Positions 1 through 9,673 of a stretch of 64,000 nt of DNA are shown here, one piece after another (position 1 is the first letter of the stretch; each line of letters begins with the position of its first letter). Origin of the DNA: Candidatus Sumerlaeaceae bacterium (GTDB lineage: Bacteria > Sumerlaeota > Sumerlaeia > Sumerlaeales > Sumerlaeaceae); the NCBI GenBank assembly GCA_051003195.1, contig JBPCLP010000028.1:53939-117938 (forward strand). Reading direction: 5' to 3'. Position numbers and translations under genes: made by a program. The notes beneath the pieces were generated by a model. The model had not been told where the DNA came from and searched no databases. It worked only from the letters and a program-made list of their open reading frames with translations.

Positions 1-2
1 AC

Positions 3-503
3 GCCGACCCGCAGGCTCTGCCGCTGGCCCTTGCTGCGCGTGAGGCTTTCCGGGTTTTAGGCTCCCCGGAAGGTGAATTGGCATTATTTCAACTCGCTGC
101 CTACCTTGCAACTGCCCCAAAGAGCAACGCGAGCTATGCAGCAGAAAAAAAAGTGCGACGCGAGATTGAAGCGACCGGAAGTCTGCCTGTTCCGCTGCAC
201 ATACGAAATGCACCGACGTCTCTTATGAAGCAGATCGGCTACGCGAGCGGCTATCAATATGATCATCAATTCGAAGGCGGCTTTTCTGGACAGGACTGCC
301 TTCCGGGAGGCGTAGCCGAGCGGGTATTCTATGAGCCGGCACCCTATGGCTTTGAGCGCGATATTCAAAAGCGAATTGAATGGTGGGAGAAGCGCCGCGC
401 CGAACTGCGTGACATGCAACCTGAGCGGGAGGAGATGAAAACCGAGGTCCCGCCTGCGAGAGAAAGTAAGCAACCACCCAAACGGAAAAAGAGCCGCAGC
501 TAA
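3..503 (+). CDS. rarA: Replication-associated recombination protein A (MgsA/RarA), 3' part; gene starts upstream of the window
   Basis: Frame open from base 3: ADPQAL...GSPEGELA...LATAPKSNASY...VPLHIRNAPT.LMK.IGY..GYQYDH, the MgsA C-terminal signature. Confidence 0.93.
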   Translation, partial: ADPQALPLALAAREAFRVLGSPEGELALFQLAAYLATAPKSNASYAAEKKVRREIEATGSLPVPLHIRNAPTSLMKQIGYASGYQYDHQFEGGFSGQDCLPGGVAERVFYEPAPYGFERDIQKRIEWWEKRRAELRDMQPEREEMKTEVPPARESKQPPKRKKSRS

Positions 504-742
504 ATCGCCACGTAATTCGGGTGCTGAAGCTGGATGATGCTTTCGCTAAGCGATTAAACGCATATTGTTCGAGATCAGTACATGGGTTTACTCAATACTG
601 AAAGTGACTTGGGCTAACGATGGGTTAGTGGTTGACCTTGAACGCCCCTGGCATAACTCGGACTAGCGAAACTGAAATCGGTTGCGTTCAAATTCGACAT
701 TACGCTTTCAGCTAAGCCTGTTTCATATATTGGGGGGATCGT

Positions 743-1516
743 ATGCTCAGCCAGGAACAAATCAATTTCTACCGTGAGAACGGTTATCTGCTGGTGAAGG
801 GCCTTTTCTCGAAAGAGGAGGCCAGGTCATTTCGTGCGGAAGCCCACGGGATCGTAGAGCGCATGACAAAACGCGGCACTGACATTGATGCGACCTGGGG
901 CTCCGCCAGGGAAGCCGGCGGCGAACGTGGTACAACCCAGATCCTGCATTGCCACGACGCGCAGTTTCAGTCGGCTGCATTCTCGCGCATGATCGTTGAC
1001 CCAAGGTTTTGTGAGGCGGCCAGCGAAGTCATGGGTACTCCCAATATCGAGCTGCATCACACCAAAATGTTTATTAAGCCTCCCGAAAATGGCAGTCCGT
1101 TCCCCATGCACCAGGACTACCATTATTTCCCGCACGCCAAAAATTCGATGATCGCTGCGATCATACACCTGGATGATGCGCCGCTGGAAAAGGGGTGCCT
1201 GCGCGTTTACCCGGGCAGCCATAAGCTCGGACCACTCGACCAGAATCCAGATGGAGGCTGGCATTTACCGGCAGAGAAGTATTCGCTGGAAGCTGCAACT
1301 CCGCTGCCGGGGGAAGCAGGAGATGTCATTTTCTTCAGCTATTTGACCATTCATGGTTCCGGACTGAACGTCAGTCCCGAACACCGGACGACCATTCTGG
1401 TGCAGATGCGTGAAGCCGGCGATGAACCCACCGTGGAGACGCACCGGTCGCGTGGGCAGGGAATGATGCTACACGGAATCCATCCCACTGCATCACCTTA
1501 CATGGAACACGGATGA
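743..1516 (+). CDS. Phytanoyl-CoA dioxygenase (PhyH) family Fe(II)/2OG oxygenase
   Basis: FYRENGYL N-terminus, KPP...PMHQD (HxD), GCL.V.PGSH, GDVIFF...HGS triad; GGGGGA SD upstream. Confidence 0.9.
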   Translation: MLSQEQINFYRENGYLLVKGLFSKEEARSFRAEAHGIVERMTKRGTDIDATWGSAREAGGERGTTQILHCHDAQFQSAAFSRMIVDPRFCEAASEVMGTPNIELHHTKMFIKPPENGSPFPMHQDYHYFPHAKNSMIAAIIHLDDAPLEKGCLRVYPGSHKLGPLDQNPDGGWHLPAEKYSLEAATPLPGEAGDVIFFSYLTIHGSGLNVSPEHRTTILVQMREAGDEPTVETHRSRGQGMMLHGIHPTASPYMEHG

Positions 1517-1950
1517 ACCGCGTAGCAACTTTGGTGGAGTGGGGCTGTATTGCGGTATGTGCGGCTCTGGTATGGTTCCTGGAGCCTCTCTTCCCACGGA
1601 TGCTCCCAGCCGGGGAAATCCTGTTATATGGATCAGCACTGCTGTTGTTCCAGGGGCTGTTACGCGATTTGTACCTGATGTACATGGTGCCAAAGCCAGT
1701 CACCTGCCAGATCAAAAGTCACAGTCGCTGCCTCTGCATGGAATCTGCAATTGGCAGCATTGGAGTAGTTGCCGGCGTAGCGATGCTCGTCGCAATGGGA
1801 ATGAACCGGCGCGTACATTTGCCAGCGTATGCCTGGCCGTTGCTGGTGTTGCTGATAGGCACGGTCGGTTTTTCTTTACGAGAATTCGTGATCGACTGGA
1901 AAGCGCGGCAACTTCAACGTGGCATGGACCACCGCGTCGAGCGGGCCTAG
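1513..1950 (+). CDS. Hypothetical 4-TM membrane protein
   Basis: ATGA overlap with upstream stop; four hydrophobic segments; CLCMES motif. Confidence 0.7.
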   Translation: MNRVATLVEWGCIAVCAALVWFLEPLFPRMLPAGEILLYGSALLLFQGLLRDLYLMYMVPKPVTCQIKSHSRCLCMESAIGSIGVVAGVAMLVAMGMNRRVHLPAYAWPLLVLLIGTVGFSLREFVIDWKARQLQRGMDHRVERA

Positions 1951-2402
1951 CCCGTTCGCGTGATCGTCATTTCTCGGTTTTCTGCCGGAGTGACGTAATA
2001 CACCTCGTCAAATGCCTCCTCGGGCTGCGGCGGACGCAGTTTGCTGGCGGATACGTAGATGGCCACATCTGGCACGCGTGCTTTCCCGGCCCGTCGGTGA
2101 TTGCGCCTCACGCATTCGACTTTGGGCGTGTTGAAGAAGTAAGCAATCAGCGTCGCGCCATGTGCTCTGCCGATTTCCAGGAGCGCAGCACGCGACGCAA
2201 CCGACGGATTCGTATTGTCGATCACCACGCTTCGCCCCTGCTGCAGCGCATCGGTTGCGAGTTGCTGCTGTCGCCGTTCAGGACGGCGGTTGTTCGGCAT
2301 TCGGTCTTTGCTGATGTGAAAATGGGTATCAGCAAACATGCGCTCATAAAACGTTGTCTTCCCCGATCCTGGTAATCCGATAAATACTACCAACTCAGCC
2401 AT
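1947..2402 (-). CDS. P-loop kinase (AAA_33 / polynucleotide-kinase-like)
   Basis: GLPGSGKTTF Walker A, VVIDNTN, RN..R lid. Confidence 0.85.
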   Translation of the reverse strand: MAELVVFIGLPGSGKTTFYERMFADTHFHISKDRMPNNRRPERRQQQLATDALQQGRSVVIDNTNPSVASRAALLEIGRAHGATLIAYFFNTPKVECVRRNHRRAGKARVPDVAIYVSASKLRPPQPEEAFDEVYYVTPAENREMTITRTG

Positions 2403-2577
2403 TTCCTAACCCCCGGGCCATCAATCATGTTCTCATCCCAGTCCACGCAATGGCATACCGTTCGCATAATGTTTGTGCCTGCGGAAATTCTGTCACCGTT
2501 TACTGCGCTTTGTATCCGTTGACCCGCACTTTCCCGACACTACATCTCGAAAACTATAAAGAATATTAATCCCACCG

Positions 2578-5034
2578 ATGCCAGCTAACCCACGCTACCT
2601 TTGCATTCATGGACATTTTTATCAGCCGCCGCGTGAAAACCCGTGGCTTGAGGCTATTGAGCTCCAGGATAGCGCGAAGCCATTCCACGATTGGAACGAA
2701 CGCATTAATGCTGAGTGCTACGCTCCGAATTCGGCGGCCCGCATCCAGGACCACGAGGGGCACATTCTTGGAATCATTAATAATTATGCCCGTATCAGTT
2801 TTAATTTTGGACCAACGCTTCTGAGTTGGATGGAGCATGGCGCTCCCGATGTCTATCGGGCCATCCTTGAGGCTGACAAAGACAGTTCACAACGATTCGG
2901 TGGCCACGGCTCTGCACTTGCTCAAGTGTACAACCACGTGATACTGCCTCTCGCAAACGCCCGCGATAAAAGAACCCAGGTCATCTGGGGAATACGCGAT
3001 TTCGAAAAACGTTTCCAGCGTAAGCCTGAAGGAATGTGGCTGGCCGAGGCGGCAGTGGACACGGAAAGCCTGGAAGTGCTTGCGGATCATGGGATTAAGT
3101 TTACGGTGCTGGCGCCAGGCCAGGCCGTCAGGGTGCGGCCGCTTGCCGCAAACGCCCGTGATGTTCCGGACATTGGCTGGGAGGATGTAAGCGGTGGCCG
3201 CGTGGATCCGGCGCGCGCATATCAGTGCAATCTGCCGAGCGGCCGCTCGCTCGCAGTGTTTTTCTACGATGGACCTATTTCCCAGGCGGTTGCGTTTGAA
3301 GGACTGCTGCGAAGTGGTAAGAAATTCGCCGGACGGCTGCTGTCGGGGTTCTCTGAGGAACGAAAATACCCGCAGTTATTGCACATATCAACCGACGGCG
3401 AAACTTATGGGCACCACCACAAGTTTGGCGATATGGCGCTGGCGTATGCCTTGCATCACATCGAATCCAATGATCTCGCACGCCTCACTGTCTATGGCGA
3501 GTATCTTGAACGTCACCCGCCGCAGTGGGAAGCTCGCATTCACGAAGAGTCGAGCTGGAGCTGCGCGCATGGTATAGAGCGCTGGCGAAGCGACTGTGGC
3601 TGCAGCAGTGGCAGCGCCGGATGGAACCAGATGTGGCGTGGTTCTCTCCGGGAAGCTTTCGATTGGCTTCGCGACTCTGTAGCCCCGCTTTTTGAGAAGT
3701 CGGGAGCTGCTCTGTTTTGCAATCCGTGGGACGCGCGCGACGCGTACATTGATGTGTTGCTGGCGCGCGATGATTCTTCAATCGAGAAGTTCCTATCAGC
3801 GCATGTGTCGGCCCCGCTCGATGACGCCCTTACGGTTCGTGCCTTGAAATTAATGGAGCTGCAACGCCACGCAATGCTGATGTACACAAGCTGCGGCTGG
3901 TTTTTTGACGAGCTGTCCGGCATAGAAACCGTGCAGGTCATTCAGTACGGTGGACGAGTCGTACAGCTGGCCGAGGAACTGTTCGGTGTGCAATTGGAGG
4001 AAGAATTTAAGCGGAGACTGGAAAAGGCCAAAAGCAATATTGTGGAACACTGCGACGGGAAATGCATCTACGAAAAGTACGTGAAGCCCGCGATGGTCGA
4101 CCTGACTCGCGTCGGCGCTCACTATGCAGTCAGCAGCTTGTTCCATGCGGCCGGCGAGCGGAGCGAAATCTTTGCCTTCGATGTTGAACGCGACGATATG
4201 CGCCTGTTCGAAGCCGGGCATGCCCGGTTCGCCGTTGGCAAAGCACGCATAACAAGTCATGTCACGCGCGAGACCGGGAGATTCACTTATTCGGTTCTGC
4301 ATTTCGGCGACCACAATCTCACCGCAGGCGTGCGCGGCCCGATCTCTGAAGAAGCGTACGAGGATTTTATCAGGGAATCCGGGGGTGCTTTTCTCAAGGC
4401 AGACCTGCCAGAAGTGATCCGTATTCTCGACAGGCAGTTCTACGGTCTGACATTCTCGCTGGCTTCCCTGTTCAAGGATGAGCAGCGGAAAATCCTGGAT
4501 GAGATTCTCACTTCCACACTTGAGCAGGCAAGCTCAACGCTTCGTCTGGTGTTCGAGCATCACGCCCCCCTTATGAACTTTCTTGGCGCTCTCGGGGTGC
4601 CTCAACCGCAGGTGCTGCGATCTGCAGGGCAGTTTGTCCTCGGCGCAGAACTGCGTGAACTTATCGAAGCGGGAGTGCGCGACACTATCCGCATACGTGC
4701 TCTTCTGTCCGATGCAAAACTCTGGGATCTAAGCCTCGCCGCCGAAGGAGTGGAGCTCGCGCTGAACCGTGCAATTGTGCGACGGGCGGAGGAATGGGAC
4801 GCAAGCCGAACTGCACTGGAACCCATGGAGGCCGTTCTCGTGCTTGTGGAAATCGCCCGCGAAATGCCGTTTGCCGTTAATTTCTGGCGTGCGCAGAATG
4901 TCTTTTATGATGTGCTGCAGGAAACCTTGCCTGAAGTTCGCAAACGTGAACGAACCGGCGATAAGGCGGCCCAGGAATGGCTCGAAGTATTTAGCCGGCT
5001 GGGTGCGGGAATGAAGGTGAAGATTGAGCGGTGA
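2578..5034 (+). CDS. Glycoside hydrolase family 57 with DUF3536 domain
   Basis: HGHFYQPPRENPW, GMWLAEAAVD, TDGETYGHH, SWSCAHG.ERW, MYTSCGWFFDE motifs. Confidence 0.92.
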   Translation: MPANPRYLCIHGHFYQPPRENPWLEAIELQDSAKPFHDWNERINAECYAPNSAARIQDHEGHILGIINNYARISFNFGPTLLSWMEHGAPDVYRAILEADKDSSQRFGGHGSALAQVYNHVILPLANARDKRTQVIWGIRDFEKRFQRKPEGMWLAEAAVDTESLEVLADHGIKFTVLAPGQAVRVRPLAANARDVPDIGWEDVSGGRVDPARAYQCNLPSGRSLAVFFYDGPISQAVAFEGLLRSGKKFAGRLLSGFSEERKYPQLLHISTDGETYGHHHKFGDMALAYALHHIESNDLARLTVYGEYLERHPPQWEARIHEESSWSCAHGIERWRSDCGCSSGSAGWNQMWRGSLREAFDWLRDSVAPLFEKSGAALFCNPWDARDAYIDVLLARDDSSIEKFLSAHVSAPLDDALTVRALKLMELQRHAMLMYTSCGWFFDELSGIETVQVIQYGGRVVQLAEELFGVQLEEEFKRRLEKAKSNIVEHCDGKCIYEKYVKPAMVDLTRVGAHYAVSSLFHAAGERSEIFAFDVERDDMRLFEAGHARFAVGKARITSHVTRETGRFTYSVLHFGDHNLTAGVRGPISEEAYEDFIRESGGAFLKADLPEVIRILDRQFYGLTFSLASLFKDEQRKILDEILTSTLEQASSTLRLVFEHHAPLMNFLGALGVPQPQVLRSAGQFVLGAELRELIEAGVRDTIRIRALLSDAKLWDLSLAAEGVELALNRAIVRRAEEWDASRTALEPMEAVLVLVEIAREMPFAVNFWRAQNVFYDVLQETLPEVRKRERTGDKAAQEWLEVFSRLGAGMKVKIER

Positions 5035-5073
5035 ACACCGCGCATTGTGCGCGACGGTTCTGTGGCGATTTTC

Positions 5074-7968
5074 ATGAACGAACGCATTCCATCTTCGACT
5101 TACCGCCTGCAACTGCATGGAGCATTCAGGTTTGAAGACGCTGCGCGCATCGTTCCCTATCTCCAACGCCTTGGTATCAGCGATGTATATTCATCCCCGA
5201 TCGCGAGCGCGTGCCCAGGCAGCATGCATGGATATGATGTCGTCGACCCCGCAACGGTTAATCCGGAACTCGGAGGCCACGAGGGCCTGCACTCGCTTAG
5301 TAGCACGCTGCGCGAACGTGATATGGGCCTGGTAGTCGATATCGTTCCAAATCACATGGGCGTGCACGAAGCCAACCGGTGGTGGTGGGAAGTGCTCGAA
5401 AATGGGCCTGGATCTCAGTATGCCGATTACTTCGATATCGATTGGCATCCGCCCAAGGAAGAGCTTCGGGATCGTGTGCAAATTGCGACTTTAGGCCAGC
5501 AGTTCGGAGCATGCCTGGAATCAGGCGAGCTCAAGGTGGAGTTCACGGAAGAGGGTACATTTATCGTCCGCTACTACGATAAAGTTTTTCCGACTGCCCC
5601 ACGGACATGGACGACACTTCTGCTGCGTGCTCTGGAACCCCTGAAAGAATCGTTAGGTGGGAGCACGGAGCCCGATTACCTGATAGAGTTTCAAAGCATA
5701 ATCACGGCACTCCATAACTTGCCGCTGCGTGAAGACACGGACCCGGAAAAAATCATTGAGCGGCAACGCGAAAAGGAAGTCACGAAGCGCAGGCTGCGTG
5801 CATTGGTCGAGGCCTGTCCGAATGTGCCTGATTCCATCAATAAGGTCATATCCGCACTGAACGGCCAGCCCGGCGAGCCCGCGAGTTTTGATGCGCTCGA
5901 GCTGTTTTTAAAAGGCCAGGCCTACAGGCTTTCGTTCTGGAGAACGGCTCCCGATGAAATTAATTACCGCCGTTTTTTCGACGTCAACGACCTGGCGGCC
6001 ATTCGCGTGGAGTCGCCTGCGGTTTTTAAGGCGGTGCACTCCCTGCTGTTTCGCCTGGTGCAGGAAGGACATGTGACTGGCGTGCGTGTCGACCACCCTG
6101 ACGGCCTGTTTAACCCACCGCAGTACTTCTCAAATCTTCAGCACGCGTGCTTCCTTGCTCTTTCGAACAGGAAGATGAGCACCAGCGAGTTTCCGTCGCA
6201 CGAACGTGATTGCGCGATTTGGATTGTTGCGGAGAAAATCCTGGGTCTGGAGGAGCGCCTTCGACCAGACTGGCTGGTTCATGGGACCACCGGCTACGAT
6301 TACCTGAACATCGTGAACCGGTTGTTTATCGCACCGCAGGCGGAGCGGCCGCTGGTTCGGCTCTATACGAAGTTTACGGGTAGCAGGGTCGTCTTTAAGA
6401 ACTTGATGAACGAGTGCAAAAAACTGATCCTCGACGTATCAATGTCCGGCGAAATGCTGGTGCTCGCGCGGCGGCTGGATAAGATTTCCGAACAGCACCG
6501 GCGAACCAGGGATTTTACGCTCGAGAGCCTGCGCGAGGCGCTGGCCGAAGTAATTGCGGGTTTCCCTGTCTATCGGAGCTACATTCGTCCTGATTCCACG
6601 GAAGTGGATCAAGACGATAGGCGCCACATCCTGGTGGCGTTGCGGCTCGCGAAACGTCGCAACCCGTCCGTAGACCCGACCATCTATGATTTTATCGGGT
6701 CCGTCCTGCTGCTTGAGGACCCCGACGGACTTACCGCTGAGCATAAGATGCAGCGACGCGATTTCGTGCTGCGTCTGCAGCAGTTTACGGGCCCTGTGAT
6801 GGCAAAGGGAATGGAAGACACTGCCTTCTACCGCGAATTTCCGCTGCTTTCATTGAACGAGGTTGGCGGCCAGCCAGACCGTTTTGCGTTACCCCCGGAA
6901 GAGTACCACCGACGCTGCATGGAGCAACTGGAGAACTGGCCGTATACGATGCTGGGGACTTCCACCCACGACACGAAACGGAGCGAGGATGTTCGTGCCC
7001 GCATCAACGTACTAAGCGAGCGGCCACGCGAGTGGGAGAAGGCGGTGTTCAGGTGGCGTCAGCTCAATCGCAAGCACAAGCGGCAGGTCGAGGGGTTCCA
7101 TGTTCCGACGGCTAACGAGGAGTATTTACTTTATCAGACCCTCGTGGGCATATGGCCTTTTGTTGAACGCGACAAAGCGGGATTGGTAGACCGGCTGCAG
7201 CAGTATATGATTAAAGCATTACGGGAAGCAAAAGTACACACCAGTTGGGTCAATGTAAACTCCGCACACGAAAATGCCGTCGAGCATTTCATCGCGATGA
7301 TCCTGAATCCCAGGAAGTCGGTCAAATTTCTATCGGCTTTTGAGGAGTTTCACCAGCTCATCGCCCACCTTGGAGCCCTTAATTCCTTGTCGCAACTCCT
7401 GTTGAAAGCTACGTCGCCGGGAGTACCTGATTTTTATCAGGGTAACGAACTCTGGGAGTTTTCCCTGGTGGATCCTGACAATCGCCGTGCAGTCGACTAC
7501 GAGCACCGGGCGGAATTACTTGAATCACTTCAGTCGCAGCAACTCGGGCAAGACCTGATCTCCGGGCTGACACATAGCTGGAGCGACGGGCGAATCAAAA
7601 TGCATGTAACGCAGCGCGCATTAAACTTCCGTCGCGAACATCCCGCCCTATACAATGTTGGCAGCTATTCGCCTGTGAATGTTATAGGACCTCTCACCGA
7701 ACACGTGGTTGCATTCATACGTACGCACGAGCGTGCCAGCGCCATCACTGTAGTTCCGCGCCTGTTGGGAATCGCGGGACTTCCGCCCGCAACCCTCGTT
7801 GCAGATGGATTTTGGGCCGATACAAAACTTCGGCTTCCGAACGGATCTGCCCCGCACTGGCGAAACGAGATGACTGGTGAGATTCTTCACGTGGAATCGG
7901 GAGAGCTTCTATTGCCGCTCAGTTTCCTTGAGCGATTCCCGGTTGGTCTGCTTTCCAATGAGTCCTAA
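5074..7968 (+). CDS. treY: Malto-oligosyltrehalose synthase (GH13)
   Basis: STYRLQ, HGYDVVD, DIVPNHMG, INYRRFFD, RVDHPDGL, VAEKIL, STHDTKRSEDVRAR, PGVPDFYQG, LVDPDNRR. Confidence 0.95.
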   Translation: MNERIPSSTYRLQLHGAFRFEDAARIVPYLQRLGISDVYSSPIASACPGSMHGYDVVDPATVNPELGGHEGLHSLSSTLRERDMGLVVDIVPNHMGVHEANRWWWEVLENGPGSQYADYFDIDWHPPKEELRDRVQIATLGQQFGACLESGELKVEFTEEGTFIVRYYDKVFPTAPRTWTTLLLRALEPLKESLGGSTEPDYLIEFQSIITALHNLPLREDTDPEKIIERQREKEVTKRRLRALVEACPNVPDSINKVISALNGQPGEPASFDALELFLKGQAYRLSFWRTAPDEINYRRFFDVNDLAAIRVESPAVFKAVHSLLFRLVQEGHVTGVRVDHPDGLFNPPQYFSNLQHACFLALSNRKMSTSEFPSHERDCAIWIVAEKILGLEERLRPDWLVHGTTGYDYLNIVNRLFIAPQAERPLVRLYTKFTGSRVVFKNLMNECKKLILDVSMSGEMLVLARRLDKISEQHRRTRDFTLESLREALAEVIAGFPVYRSYIRPDSTEVDQDDRRHILVALRLAKRRNPSVDPTIYDFIGSVLLLEDPDGLTAEHKMQRRDFVLRLQQFTGPVMAKGMEDTAFYREFPLLSLNEVGGQPDRFALPPEEYHRRCMEQLENWPYTMLGTSTHDTKRSEDVRARINVLSERPREWEKAVFRWRQLNRKHKRQVEGFHVPTANEEYLLYQTLVGIWPFVERDKAGLVDRLQQYMIKALREAKVHTSWVNVNSAHENAVEHFIAMILNPRKSVKFLSAFEEFHQLIAHLGALNSLSQLLLKATSPGVPDFYQGNELWEFSLVDPDNRRAVDYEHRAELLESLQSQQLGQDLISGLTHSWSDGRIKMHVTQRALNFRREHPALYNVGSYSPVNVIGPLTEHVVAFIRTHERASAITVVPRLLGIAGLPPATLVADGFWADTKLRLPNGSAPHWRNEMTGEILHVESGELLLPLSFLERFPVGLLSNES

Positions 7969-8857
7969 AACCGACACGCCGTCCGAACCTGAGCGCACAC
8001 GGCTGACCGACCTGCTTCGCCGCCACGGGTTGAAGACTACGAAAAGCCTGGGGCAGCATTTTCTAATCGACGATGAAGTCTTGCACACAATTGCACATTC
8101 GCTGGAACCCGGCCCTGGCAGTGACGTAGTCGAGATCGGCTCCGGCGCTGGGAATCTCGCAGTAATGCTGTCGCTGTCCGGAGCAAAGGTGACTGCTCTG
8201 GAAGTCGACCGAAAGTTCGAGCTATTGCACCGTGAGATTCAACTGTCACCCGGGGGCATGACCGAACGGCTGCGATGGCAATACATGGACGCGTTAGACT
8301 TTGATTACGCAGCCGCGGCACGCGCAACGCACGAGCTCGGTCGTCGCTTTCTCATCGCCGGCAATATTCCGTACCAGATTACATCGCCGCTGATTATGAA
8401 GATCCTCGAGAGCGGTGCTGCGTTTGATTGTATGGTGCTGATGATCCAGCGCGAAGTAGCGGAACGCCTGGCCGCCACGCCCGGCGGCAGGAAAAGCGGT
8501 GCGATTACGATCAAGGTGCAGTACTATTGCACGGTTGAACCTGTATTGGATGTTCCACCTGAGGCGTTTCTTCCGCCGCCGGAAGTACACTCTCGTGTAC
8601 TGCGGTTTGTCCGAAAAGAAAGCGACATGGATCACAATCCACCGAAGTTCTTTCGGCTGGTTGAAGCAGCGTTTATGCACCGGCGAAAGACCCTGGTGAA
8701 TGCCGTGTCGAGCGGCACCCTCGGCTACTCGCGCGAGCAACTCGAAGAAGCGCTGGCCGCCATTGGGTTGTCCGCCAGGGTACGTGCTGAAGAGCTTGGT
8801 GTAGCTGCATTTATTGCGTTACAGCAGCACCTGGACGGCAGCGCTGCCGCCGGCTAG
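7958..8857 (+). CDS. rsmA: 16S rRNA adenine dimethyltransferase KsgA/RsmA
   Basis: KSLGQHFL, VEIGSGAG, AGNIPYQITSP, MIQREVAERL, F.P.PEV.S, RRKTL, RAEEL; start moved to ATG 7958. Confidence 0.95.
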   Translation: MSPKTDTPSEPERTRLTDLLRRHGLKTTKSLGQHFLIDDEVLHTIAHSLEPGPGSDVVEIGSGAGNLAVMLSLSGAKVTALEVDRKFELLHREIQLSPGGMTERLRWQYMDALDFDYAAAARATHELGRRFLIAGNIPYQITSPLIMKILESGAAFDCMVLMIQREVAERLAATPGGRKSGAITIKVQYYCTVEPVLDVPPEAFLPPPEVHSRVLRFVRKESDMDHNPPKFFRLVEAAFMHRRKTLVNAVSSGTLGYSREQLEEALAAIGLSARVRAEELGVAAFIALQQHLDGSAAAG

Positions 8858-8930
8858 TCCCTGAAACTCATTGCACTCGCGGTTGCAGCTTATCAGGAGT
8901 ACGTCAGCAACCCCCGCCGGAGGACTTCCC

Positions 8931-9512
8931 ATGCCACTATTCCTGACATCGCGCATCCGAGGTGCAGCACGTCATTGGATTATAGGCTGCCTTGTCATCA
9001 TTTTCATTATAATCGTTGTTATAGGCTCTGGTTTTTATTACGTTTCCAAAAAGGTCGGCATAGGCACATTCGATGTGGTGGCAAAGGCAGATCCGCCGGC
9101 TTACGCAACGACAGACGAGCTACTGCCCTCCAGGGCCGGATCCTTTACCCGTACCTCCGTTACCTCCAACAGCGCCGAGATTGCCGGCATGATGTCGACT
9201 GCGCCGGCTAACACCAGGATGAACGCAACATCAGGTACCGTGGCGGCGCTCTACGCCGACCCGTCAAACCTGAGCGCGCTGGTCTTTGCGATGAACACAG
9301 GGGAGGTCCACCGTTCCGGGTCGGAGAGTAATCCTTTTGAGAGCATCGCAAAAAGCAAAGGAGATCACAGCCAGGGCTTTCACGCGCAGTCGAAGTTCAA
9401 AAACATTCAGATGGGAATGGCCGGCTGGAGCAAGCCGAACTGGACCTATGCTGTGATCACGACGGAAACCGAGGCACTTGATTTCGCAAAGAACTTCGAC
9501 CCCGCTAAATAG
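8931..9512 (+). CDS. Hypothetical single-TM membrane-anchored protein
   Basis: GGAGG SD before ATG 8931; N-terminal hydrophobic stretch WIIGCLVIIFIIIVVIGSGFYYV. Confidence 0.65.
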   Translation: MPLFLTSRIRGAARHWIIGCLVIIFIIIVVIGSGFYYVSKKVGIGTFDVVAKADPPAYATTDELLPSRAGSFTRTSVTSNSAEIAGMMSTAPANTRMNATSGTVAALYADPSNLSALVFAMNTGEVHRSGSESNPFESIAKSKGDHSQGFHAQSKFKNIQMGMAGWSKPNWTYAVITTETEALDFAKNFDPAK

Positions 9513-9610
9513 TGTGCCGAACCCGAAGTTCCTATCCAGTTTGGTCGCGGAAAATGAGCTCAGTTCGGCACACAAAACTGATTACGAACTAACGGTACAC
9601 CACACCTAGC

Positions 9611-9647
9611 AAATAAAATGGCGGCGCGAGCTTTAAGCCCGCGCCGC
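9611..9647 (-). terminator. Intrinsic terminator downstream of the hybrid histidine kinase
   Basis: Minus strand GCGGCGCGGGC-TTAAA-GCTCGCGCCGC stem followed by CATTTTATTT. Confidence 0.7.
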
Positions 9648-9673
9648 TTGTGTAACCTTAATCCCGTACTGGA

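Noticed and set aside
8931..9040. Prepilin-type cleavage site in the single-TM protein
   Set aside because: RIRG is followed by AARHW, lacking the hydrophobic +1 and Glu +5 pattern.
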